From a virus (Duplodnaviria; Caudoviricetes): a stretch of DNA of 56,468 bases. Where the stretch lies: positions 1-56,468 of IMG/VR virus record IMGVR_UViG_3300008120_000119. The stretch is one strand, 5' to 3'. Below, piece by piece: positions 16,125-24,954 of this stretch. How positions within the stretch are numbered: position 1 is the first letter of the stretch; each line of letters starts with the position of its first letter. The position numbers and the translations under genes are program-made. The notes beneath the pieces are model-generated. The model saw only the letters and a list, made by a program, of their open reading frames with translations, was not told where the DNA came from and searched no databases.

Positions 16125-16254
16125 CCCCCGGGCCCGGTGAGAGCCGGTTGTTTCGATGACAATGCCCCGGGGGGCCATCAGCCTAGACATTGAGCCAACT
16201 CCCATGCCGGTCGACCTCCCTCGCTGCCGGCGGTTCAGTGTCTAGCCTAATGGC
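16125..16254. ncRNA. Putative structured RNA/DNA element upstream of terS
   Basis: Three-way junction closed by 16125-16132/16166-16173; 14-bp stem 16183-16196/16232-16245 with G-U pairs on the + strand. Confidence 0.45.
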
Positions 16255-16305
16255 GCACAAGCAGTTAAACTCAGGCCACCTCAACTTTTCGGATTGATTA
16301 AGGCC

Positions 16306-16824
16306 ATGCCTGAAAAACGAAAGAAGCCCGCGCCCGCAGTGATGGGCCGGCCAACAGACTACTCCCAAGACCTAGCAGACGAGATATGCGATCGCATTGC
16401 GTCCGGACAGCCATTGGTCCGCATATGCAAAGACGAGCACATGCCACATGTCACGACCGTTTACCGTTGGTTAAACAAGAGAGCAGACTTTTGCGACATG
16501 TACGCGAAGGCCAAAGACTCGGCAGCCGATACCCTGGCAGAAGAGATTCAGGACATCGCCGACTCGATTCCGATGGAGACCACCGATAAGGAAGGGAACA
16601 CGCGCTTCGACCCGGCTTACATCAACTGGATGCGCCTCCGGGTGGACGCCCGCAAGTGGACGGCAGCCAAGTTGAAGCCGCGGAAGTACGGTGACCGCCT
16701 GACCCACGCAGGAGACGCTGAGAACCCGATTAAGAGTGAGACGACCATCCAGGCGTCTGAGCTGTTCGCCAGCATCCTGCAAAACATGGAATTGAAGAAG
16801 CAGCAATCAGCAAACGAAAGGTGA
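16306..16824 (+). CDS. terS: Terminase small subunit (Sf6-like)
   Basis: GRPTDYS..LADEIC.RIA.G..L..IC...MP...TVYRW; RVDARKW.AAKLKPRKYGD. Confidence 0.9.
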   Translation: MPEKRKKPAPAVMGRPTDYSQDLADEICDRIASGQPLVRICKDEHMPHVTTVYRWLNKRADFCDMYAKAKDSAADTLAEEIQDIADSIPMETTDKEGNTRFDPAYINWMRLRVDARKWTAAKLKPRKYGDRLTHAGDAENPIKSETTIQASELFASILQNMELKKQQSANER

Positions 16825-16831
16825 GGGAGAC

Positions 16832-17128
16832 ATGGATAGATTCACGCAGATCCGCGCATGGGCGGAGGCCCGCAATTTGGTCGACGGGTCAAACCCGCAG
16901 GCGCAGTTTGTGAAGCTCGCAGAAGAGATTGGGGAGCTCGCCGCGGCAATCGCCAGGAAGAACCACGACGGGGTCGTAGACTCGATTGGAGACGCTGTGG
17001 TAGTCCTGACCATCCTGGCAGCTCAGCATCGGGTGCCGATCGAATCCTGCATAAATGTGGCCTGGGAGCAGATCAAGAACCGCAAGGGCCGCATGGTCGA
17101 CGGCGTCTTCGTTAAAGATGCAGAGTAA
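16832..17128 (+). CDS. MazG-like nucleotide pyrophosphohydrolase
   Basis: KLAEEIGEL...DSIGD...IKNRKGRMVDGVFVK. Confidence 0.88.
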   Translation: MDRFTQIRAWAEARNLVDGSNPQAQFVKLAEEIGELAAAIARKNHDGVVDSIGDAVVVLTILAAQHRVPIESCINVAWEQIKNRKGRMVDGVFVKDAE

Positions 17129-18549
17129 TGGCCGATGAGGTCGCAGCACTCCTCGCTGACCCTGACGTTCAGGCACAGTTCTCCCTTCTCAAGCCGGAGG
17201 AGCAAGTCGCGTGGGCTTGGCGAGCTCAATGGCTGGCAAAGGCTCATGCTCACCAAGTGGTCCCTATTGGGGACTGGTGGTCGATCTGGCTCATGCTGGC
17301 GGGCCGCGGCGCCGGTAAGACACGAACGGCAGCCGAGCAGGTTGGCTGGTGGGCCTGGACTGAGCCCGGTACCCGCTGGCTTGTCGGGGCACCGACGTCG
17401 TCTGATGTTCGCGCTACCTGCTTCGAGGGCGACTCGGGTCTTCTGTCTGTTATTCCTACCGCACTGATCGCCGACTACAACCGGGCCTTCCACGAGCTTA
17501 AGCTCACCAACGGCTCGATGATTAAGGGTATTCCCGCATCCGAGCCTGAGCGCTTCCGGGGGCCGCAGTTCCATGGGGCATGGCTCGACGAGCTGGCCGC
17601 CTGGGACTATCTGCAAGAGGCCTGGGACCAGATCATGTTCGGCGTCCGCCTGGGCAAGAAGACCCGTATCGTGGCCACCACGACCCCCAAGCCCAAAGAT
17701 TTGATCATCGAGCTCGTGGGCCGGGACGGTGACGACGTGGTCGTGACGACGGCCAGCACCTACGCCAACATCGACAACCTAGCCCCAAGCTTCCAGAAGC
17801 AGATCCTCCAGTACGAGGGGACCAAGCTCGGGCGCCAGGAGATCTACGCCGAGATCATCGATCCTGAAGAGGGCGGCATTGTGCAGCGCGACATGTTCAA
17901 GCTCTGGCCGGACGGGAAGGAGTTCCCCAAGTTCGAGTACATCGTCCAGAGCTACGACTGCGCGTACACCGAGAAGACCATGAACGACCCGACCGCCTGC
18001 ACGGTCTGGGGGGTCTTCAAGCCCTTAGACGGGCCTATGAGCGTCATGCTGATAGACGCATGGCAGGACCGCCTACAGTACCCCGACCTGCGGCCCAAGG
18101 TGATTGAGGAGTACGAGACGGTCTTCGGCGAGGGCAAGGGCAAAAAGCGGGTGGACCTGATCCTGGTAGAGGACAAGAGCGCAGGTATCAGCCTGATACA
18201 GGACTTGCAGCGGGCCCACCTGCCGGTCAGAGCGTACAACCCCGGGCGGGCAGACAAGGTGCAGCGCTTAAACATCGTGGCCAACATCATCGCCCGCGGC
18301 CGTGTCTGGATACCGGAGAGCAGCAAGCGCAAGGGCTACGTGCGTGACTGGGCCGAGGGGTTTGTGAGTCAGATCTGTTCGTTTCCTGAGACGACCCACG
18401 ACGACTATGTAGACGCCTGCACCCAGGCGCTGCGGTTCCTGCGGGACTCGGGCTGGCTGGAGATTGACCCGCCGCCCCAAGATGACTGGGACGAGGAGGA
18501 CTTCGTTGACAGCGGTCAGCCTAGACGGACAAACCCTTACGCCGTATGA
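17128..18549 (+). CDS. terL: Terminase large subunit
   Basis: Walker A GRGAGKT, Walker B WLDE, TTTP coupling motif, C-terminal RNase H-like HDDYVDA. Confidence 0.95.
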   Translation: MADEVAALLADPDVQAQFSLLKPEEQVAWAWRAQWLAKAHAHQVVPIGDWWSIWLMLAGRGAGKTRTAAEQVGWWAWTEPGTRWLVGAPTSSDVRATCFEGDSGLLSVIPTALIADYNRAFHELKLTNGSMIKGIPASEPERFRGPQFHGAWLDELAAWDYLQEAWDQIMFGVRLGKKTRIVATTTPKPKDLIIELVGRDGDDVVVTTASTYANIDNLAPSFQKQILQYEGTKLGRQEIYAEIIDPEEGGIVQRDMFKLWPDGKEFPKFEYIVQSYDCAYTEKTMNDPTACTVWGVFKPLDGPMSVMLIDAWQDRLQYPDLRPKVIEEYETVFGEGKGKKRVDLILVEDKSAGISLIQDLQRAHLPVRAYNPGRADKVQRLNIVANIIARGRVWIPESSKRKGYVRDWAEGFVSQICSFPETTHDDYVDACTQALRFLRDSGWLEIDPPPQDDWDEEDFVDSGQPRRTNPYAV

Positions 18550-18579
18550 TGGGCGCATTCAATTTCTGGCGGACGCGCT

Positions 18580-21500
18580 ATGACTGAAGATGATATCCGG
18601 CTGGCCATGGAGCTGTTCGGCGGTAAAGGCTATAAAGACCCGCTCAACAAATACAACAGATCGCGGGAAATTCCGCCCGCACCGACCGGGAGGCGGTCAG
18701 CACTTGATGCCGCTAGGTTCCCAAAGGTGGGCAGGGGCACAGAAGTCTACGGGATTGAGGACGAGCTTCAAGAGTCGGAGCGCAAGAGCCGCGAAGCCAC
18801 CATCGCAGGCCTTGACCCGTTAGAACAATTGCAGGCAATCGGCGAAGGCGGTAGGGCCGTTGGACAGGGGCTCGTAGCAGGAGTCTTGCAGCCGTTCGCT
18901 CAGGTCATGGGCGTCCCCGCCGATAAATTCTTTAACGCGGCTATTGACTTTCCAGAAACCGAAGGTGGCAAAGCGTACGCACGCAAGGGCGCAGACGCAG
19001 CGCTAGGCTTCTTCGATGCAATGTCAGAGAGCCCGCTGGGCCCGGTGCTCAGCAAGATCCCCATGAGCCCATACAGCCCCGCCTCAGCTCAGGCAATCGA
19101 TACGGGACTCATGGCCGCCGGCAAGGGGCTGAAGCTCGCAGGTCAGCAGGCTAAGCAGGCTGGCAGGCAGACCCTGGAGGCCGGCAAGGATCTGGCTCAG
19201 GCAGCTCGGGCAGAGTTCGCTACCCCGCCGACGGGCGCGGTGCAGCTCCAGACCCAGCAGGCCACACGCAACCCGCTAGGCATGTACTCCCAGGCCGAGC
19301 AGGTAGCGCTCAATCTTGCTCAGGAGAAGGGCACGGGCAATCAGTTCCTGGCCCAGATCAGCAAGGCGCCAGGAGTCAAGCCCGCGGAGCTGGAGTGGAC
19401 GGGCCTCGCAGACTTCTTGAAGAGTAAGGGCGACAAGCCGGTCACTAAGGCAGAGATCCAGCAGCACCTTGACGCCAACCGCGTGCAGGTGCAAGAGGTG
19501 CAGTTAAGCGGCACGGTTCCGTACAACAGGGTCAGAACAGTCGAAGATCAAATCCCCGAGGGGTTTCATTACGAAGAGGTGCTCGATCGTGACGGTGAGC
19601 CGACCGGCATGATGAGAATCTACGACTCGGACGGTGATCTTGTTTCTGAATCCAGCGACCCAGAGCAACTGATGCGTCGCGCTGGGTTGAAGTATGAAGA
19701 AACCGAACCCGACGCAAAGTACGGTGAGTGGCAACTACCCGGCGGTTATAACTATCGAGAGGTGTTGCTGACGTTGCCGCAAAAAGTAGAAAAAGGTTTT
19801 ACGACACCGAATGGTGCGTTTTTTTCAGAGGCAGATTTAGAAAATCCAGTAGTACGGTCAACGGCGGAAAAAATAGGCTTGTCACCGGCCTTTAGAAATG
19901 TTGGCACTGTTTATGAATCTCCCCACTTCGATCAGCCCAACGTTCTGGCCCATATGCGCCTGAACGACCGCCTTGATGCTGATGGCAATAGGGTTCTATT
20001 TGTTGAAGAGATTCAGTCCGACTGGGGGCAGCAGGGTAGGGAGAAGGGGTTTGCAATTAAAGAAACGCCTTGGGATGACCCCGAATATAAAGCCGCTAGA
20101 GCAAGGTCCACTGAGTTACTTAATGAGTACAACAGGAACAACGATGACCTCATTCGTCAAAATGAAATAAGACCGCTTTTGGATGAGGCTAGAAGGCTTG
20201 AACACTCTTTTTTGGGTAAACGCGGCGCACCTCCCGCCCCCTTCGTACAGAACACAGAAGACTGGGTCAACCTATCTCTAAAGCGCCTGATCACCGACGC
20301 AGTCAATAACGGTTATAAGAAGGTCGCATTCATCAATGGTGATCAGTCTGCTGCACGGTATGACTTGAGTAAACATGTTGATGAGCTCTATTACATGCCC
20401 AAGTCCAACACCCTTGTTGCTACAAAGAATGGCCAGGAGGCGTTTAATCAAAGAGTGCCAGCCGACAAATTGGCTGACTACATTGGCAAAGATGCGGCCG
20501 AGAAATTATTGGTTGCTCCAGGTCCAGGCCCCCAGAATCTTTCTGGCTCTTCCATTCGGAAACTGTCCGGCGTAGACCTCAAGGTCGGCGGCGAGGGCAT
20601 GAAGAAGTTCTACGACCAGATCGTGCCGGCCACCGCAAATAAACTCCTGAAGAAACTGGGCGGCGGGAAACTGGAGCCCCTAAAGATCGGCGACAACGAG
20701 CAACTAGGATTCACCATCACGCCGGAGATGGTCGAGCTGGTGAAGAAGCAAGGCCTGCCGATGTTCGCTGGTGGTGGCGCAATCACTATGGCCAAGGGCG
20801 GAGAGGCTGAGCTAGATAACTACGCTTTGGCCGAGGCGGAGATGCAACAAGAGATAGAAGATGCTTTGGCCTACGAAAAACTTAACAGACTCCTGCGGGA
20901 GACCGAAGCTAAGTTGCGAGAGGGCTTGATCACCCCAGAAGAAGCGGTGCCCTTGATGGGTGGATTAAACGCTTATGAGATCGCTCGATTGTATGGGCTG
21001 CCAACAGATGATTATGTTCGGCCACAATTATCTTCAGACAATCCCGAGCAACATTACGATCTCATGCTCAGCCCAGAAAAATTGTCTCACATGGCTAGGC
21101 GTCATCGGGATTACGATCGCCGGATGAAGCAACATGAATACGGCCCCGATTCAGAAGAGGTGGAGGTTAACCTTGCCATTGGGGGCGGCGCGTTCAAGGG
21201 AATGAAGCAAGGCCTTCAGAGGGCGGCAAAAGGCCCCGGAAAGACAGAAGACCCAGCTAAGAAAGCATCGAAGGCGCAGCGCCGTGAAGTGCGCGTGCAG
21301 AAGAACCTGGAAGCGTACATGGGCTCAAAAGAGAAGCCCAAGACCTATTACCACGCCACCCAGGCCCCGGAAGACTTCGAGGCGTTCGACCTTGAGAAGC
21401 GCCCGACTAAGAGGTCAGCCGCGGCCGTGTTTGTCACGCCCAGCACCAACTGGGCAAACGACTGGGCCGTAGATGAGCTGGCCGACATGGACCTGCTGGA

Positions 21501-24500
21501 GAAGGTGGATACGCCCAAGCCGCGGATCATGCCTGTCATTACACGGGCGAAGAACACGTTCGATTACGACGATCTTGGCCATGTCACGCAGGTGATGAAT
21601 CAAGCAGATCTGCCGCCGGGGCTTGACCGCCAACACATTGCAGACCAGATCTCTATCGGCAACTGGAATTTCATCGAAGACCGCAACATTCAGAAGGCCA
21701 TCAAAGATCTGGGCTTTGACAGCTTCTTCGTCAAAGAGAAGGGCGTGAAGAACATGGGTATCTTCAACCCGGGAGACGTGAAGGCGCTGTTTAATCGCGG
21801 GTCATACGATCCCACGACCGCAGACATCTCGAAGGCAGACGGCGGGAGGATCAGCGCCGACGATATCCGACAAAAATTAAAGAACGCCTTTAACTTTGCA
21901 GGCGGTGGCGGTGTGGGGCTCCGGGGCGCTATGCGTGGTCTTGAGGCCGTGCAGTCTGGGGCGGACAAGGCCAAGCCCGCGGTCAGCCGCATCGATATGA
22001 GCTACAAGGACGTCACCAAGCGCGTTCCTGAGCTCACAGAGGCCGCCAAGAAGGTCGAGGCTGGTGAGATGAACGCCGAGGAGTACGCGGGCCTTGTGGG
22101 CGAGGTAAAGCCCGTGGAGCCCTATGCATTCGTTCCGCAGCCGGCCAGCGCAGAAGACGCCATGCGTGCGCTGACTGAGAACAAGCGCCCGATGTTTGGT
22201 AAGACCGGAGAGCTCAAGCCTGGGGAGCGCGCAGACCTGCGCCTCGATATCCCTGCCTATAAAGACCATGGGGTCTGGATCAACTCGATCCACCGTGCGA
22301 GTGGCCCGACAGTCTATGGTTCGGTCTCTTCGGTGAAGAATGCCACCATGATTGGTGCGCCTGAAAAGGCTCTGAAGGTCGCGACCGGCCAGACGCCGAA
22401 GTCTCCATTTGCGGTGATCCGCGGCGAGTGGAACCCGGTCAGCGAAGAGGAGGCGGTGGCCAAGGCGCAGCTCTACATGCAGAGCCCCGAGTGGGTGCAG
22501 GTGGGTTACGACCCCGAGCGCGCTGGATACTTCTACGATCGCAAGACACGCAAGCCCGTGACCGCGGCCGAGGAGGTGCTACAGATCGGCCCGCTCGTAC
22601 TGGCCAAGAAGCCGAAGTTCTCGGACGTGAAAGATCAGAAGTTCGCAGAAGGTGGCGCCACGTCGAACACCCTCCTGGAGCGCCTGCGGAGGTACAAAGT
22701 CGGCGGGGCAGTCTCGGGGGCCCAGAAAGGTCTGAAAGCCGTCTCGAAGTCAACGAAATCCGCTAAGCCCGCCAAGGCAACAGAGCCAGCCAAGACTGAG
22801 TCCGTCATTGAGGACTGGCAGTGGCGACCCAACGAGCAGGTCACCGCCGAGGTGGGGCTCAAAGAGGTGCCCGACTACATCCAGGGCGGATATGGCGAGT
22901 TCATGAAGGGCCAGCAGAAGCGAGCCCAGGCAGGCCAGATGGGCGTGCGCGACCTCATCAAGGCCTACACCATCACCCGGTCTAGCGTGAACCGCTCCGG
23001 TTTGCCACGAGACACGGCCACTAAGACGGGAATGAAGATCCCTCAGACAGATGGTCTTGTCCGCCCCGAGGGCGCCTTTGCCGAGTGGCTGGGGTCCAAG
23101 CAGGGGCAGAACTATCTGAAGGCAGCAGACCGCGGCGAGATCGACGAGAAGGCGATTGCCGACTTGCAGACGAAGTTTGCCCCCTTCGGTATGGCATCGG
23201 TCCTGGCAGACGACATGCGCTGGGCGGTGAAGAATGCGCCCACTCTAGCGTCGAACCTGTCGCAGACCATCATCGGTGACCCGCAGACATATCGGTCGGT
23301 CTCCCAGCAGCTCCAGGGCATCGGTCCGGCTAAATCAGGGTTCCTCGGGTCACTCGTTGGCCGCGGCGACTTCCCCACGCTCGATGCCCGTCAGCTTCGG
23401 TTGCACACGGGGGCAGGCGGTGCAGAGGCCTCGAAGTTCATGCGGCGCCGCGGTGGCTTGGGCGGTGAGCAGGCAGTCGGCCGGCTGGCTGGTCGCCAGG
23501 AAGAGATGGGCCTGGATATCGACCCGTCACTCAATCCCTTCTATCAGCACCTGACGCACCACGCCGTGTGGGACAAGGTGGCCGACGAGCAGACCACGCA
23601 CGACGATCTTGTGCGGGCCATGATGGGTTACAAGGACGGCGGTGAGGTAAAGCTCTCCAGAGGGGGCGGAGACCTCTTGGGGCGCATGGAAAAGGGCCTA
23701 AGAGCGGCGCAAAAGGGCACCGAGAAGAAAGCTAAGAAGGATAAGCCGCCACCGAAATTTGAACCGGCCCCGGCTATTCCCAAAGAGCAGATTCGGAGCA
23801 TGGCTGAGCGTATCGCGCAGCAGACAACCGGCGAGTTTGTCCGCCAGAACCCGAAGACCACTCAGAACCCGGAAGGGCTCTCAAAGGTTCAGTTCGAGCG
23901 GACGAAGGCCGTCAAGCCGAACATCAAGTACAACGTCCCCCAAAAGGATGCGCCGGTCGTTGATATCGAAAAGTACAAGGATTACCTGCTTGTAGGTGTT
24001 CCTGGAGACATCACACCTGGAGGCGTCATTCGTACTGACCCCGTTGATTTAAAGCCACGCGCCACGCAAGAGTTACTTGGCATCGATGACGTAGAGTTTG
24101 AGACGCCGGTAGGAATGTATGGTGGCAGCCGTTACGGGCAAGAAAGTGTGTTCCCCGAAGGGCTCGAAGCTTTCTGGGCCTCTGGTTTGAGTCCTGCACG
24201 TGCGCTGCAAAACTCAATAACCAGATTTTCTGAAGCGGAGGGCGGCCGTCCGGTTCTGGGCATGTTCTCTAAGATGAGTCGGCCGGCTTCTTCATTCTCT
24301 GGTCACTTAATGGAGGGTTTGCTGGAGTACCAGCACCCAGAGAGACTGCCTAAAGCGAAGATACGAGAGCTTAATGAAATTGTGCGACGTGGCACGCCAA
24401 GCAAACAATTCCCAAACTTTGTAGGGTTTGAAGATCCGGAAAAGATGCGGGTGCAAGCAATGCAGGACGGTAAGTTGAGGACGCACATAAACAACGTATT

Positions 24501-24954
24501 GACAATGTCTACGTTGAATAAGCAGCTAGGCCTGGACCCCAAAAAAGGATTGCGATCTGGGCTAGATGTCTCGGCGGCAATGACAATCCCTGAGCTTTCA
24601 GGGCTTGAGGTGGGGGCTAGTGGATATTCGTTAGGTCGCATGGTTCCTGGCGCTGATTTAAGGTTAAGCGCTCACCCAACGTACTCGCAAGACATTTCCG
24701 GTGAATTTCTGGGACGTACGCCTTATCACATTCCGTATGAGCTAGCGTACCCCCGGACTGCACATTTTGTGCGCGAAAACATTCCCCGTGGAGAGCTGTT
24801 TAACACCATGAAGGGCACGGGCATGAAAGAGCAGATCGACCAGCAATATATTGATCAGATCAAGCTCTACCAGCAGTACATGAAAGAATTGACGGGTCGC
24901 AAGAAGGGTGGGCTCGCCACAATCAAAAAAGCGAAGGTGAAAAATGGCAACTGA
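18580..24954 (+). CDS. Large polyvalent protein (2124 aa): EEIQSD domain, ART-like domain, HhH-glycosylase-like domain and two unassigned domains separated by xxGG motifs
   Basis: YHAT...VFVT...GFDS...IFNPGDVKALFNRGSYD (polyvalent-protein ART pattern); LQGIGPAKSGF...PTLD (HhH-GPD pattern); LFVEEIQSDW. Confidence 0.75.
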   Translation: MTEDDIRLAMELFGGKGYKDPLNKYNRSREIPPAPTGRRSALDAARFPKVGRGTEVYGIEDELQESERKSREATIAGLDPLEQLQAIGEGGRAVGQGLVAGVLQPFAQVMGVPADKFFNAAIDFPETEGGKAYARKGADAALGFFDAMSESPLGPVLSKIPMSPYSPASAQAIDTGLMAAGKGLKLAGQQAKQAGRQTLEAGKDLAQAARAEFATPPTGAVQLQTQQATRNPLGMYSQAEQVALNLAQEKGTGNQFLAQISKAPGVKPAELEWTGLADFLKSKGDKPVTKAEIQQHLDANRVQVQEVQLSGTVPYNRVRTVEDQIPEGFHYEEVLDRDGEPTGMMRIYDSDGDLVSESSDPEQLMRRAGLKYEETEPDAKYGEWQLPGGYNYREVLLTLPQKVEKGFTTPNGAFFSEADLENPVVRSTAEKIGLSPAFRNVGTVYESPHFDQPNVLAHMRLNDRLDADGNRVLFVEEIQSDWGQQGREKGFAIKETPWDDPEYKAARARSTELLNEYNRNNDDLIRQNEIRPLLDEARRLEHSFLGKRGAPPAPFVQNTEDWVNLSLKRLITDAVNNGYKKVAFINGDQSAARYDLSKHVDELYYMPKSNTLVATKNGQEAFNQRVPADKLADYIGKDAAEKLLVAPGPGPQNLSGSSIRKLSGVDLKVGGEGMKKFYDQIVPATANKLLKKLGGGKLEPLKIGDNEQLGFTITPEMVELVKKQGLPMFAGGGAITMAKGGEAELDNYALAEAEMQQEIEDALAYEKLNRLLRETEAKLREGLITPEEAVPLMGGLNAYEIARLYGLPTDDYVRPQLSSDNPEQHYDLMLSPEKLSHMARRHRDYDRRMKQHEYGPDSEEVEVNLAIGGGAFKGMKQGLQRAAKGPGKTEDPAKKASKAQRREVRVQKNLEAYMGSKEKPKTYYHATQAPEDFEAFDLEKRPTKRSAAAVFVTPSTNWANDWAVDELADMDLLEKVDTPKPRIMPVITRAKNTFDYDDLGHVTQVMNQADLPPGLDRQHIADQISIGNWNFIEDRNIQKAIKDLGFDSFFVKEKGVKNMGIFNPGDVKALFNRGSYDPTTADISKADGGRISADDIRQKLKNAFNFAGGGGVGLRGAMRGLEAVQSGADKAKPAVSRIDMSYKDVTKRVPELTEAAKKVEAGEMNAEEYAGLVGEVKPVEPYAFVPQPASAEDAMRALTENKRPMFGKTGELKPGERADLRLDIPAYKDHGVWINSIHRASGPTVYGSVSSVKNATMIGAPEKALKVATGQTPKSPFAVIRGEWNPVSEEEAVAKAQLYMQSPEWVQVGYDPERAGYFYDRKTRKPVTAAEEVLQIGPLVLAKKPKFSDVKDQKFAEGGATSNTLLERLRRYKVGGAVSGAQKGLKAVSKSTKSAKPAKATEPAKTESVIEDWQWRPNEQVTAEVGLKEVPDYIQGGYGEFMKGQQKRAQAGQMGVRDLIKAYTITRSSVNRSGLPRDTATKTGMKIPQTDGLVRPEGAFAEWLGSKQGQNYLKAADRGEIDEKAIADLQTKFAPFGMASVLADDMRWAVKNAPTLASNLSQTIIGDPQTYRSVSQQLQGIGPAKSGFLGSLVGRGDFPTLDARQLRLHTGAGGAEASKFMRRRGGLGGEQAVGRLAGRQEEMGLDIDPSLNPFYQHLTHHAVWDKVADEQTTHDDLVRAMMGYKDGGEVKLSRGGGDLLGRMEKGLRAAQKGTEKKAKKDKPPPKFEPAPAIPKEQIRSMAERIAQQTTGEFVRQNPKTTQNPEGLSKVQFERTKAVKPNIKYNVPQKDAPVVDIEKYKDYLLVGVPGDITPGGVIRTDPVDLKPRATQELLGIDDVEFETPVGMYGGSRYGQESVFPEGLEAFWASGLSPARALQNSITRFSEAEGGRPVLGMFSKMSRPASSFSGHLMEGLLEYQHPERLPKAKIRELNEIVRRGTPSKQFPNFVGFEDPEKMRVQAMQDGKLRTHINNVLTMSTLNKQLGLDPKKGLRSGLDVSAAMTIPELSGLEVGASGYSLGRMVPGADLRLSAHPTYSQDISGEFLGRTPYHIPYELAYPRTAHFVRENIPRGELFNTMKGTGMKEQIDQQYIDQIKLYQQYMKELTGRKKGGLATIKKAKVKNGN

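Noticed and set aside
16205-16235. HDV-like ribozyme suggested by GCCGG...CTCCCTCGCTG CCGGC
   Set aside because: No P3 helix or P2 partner can be formed, so only a simple stem is supported.
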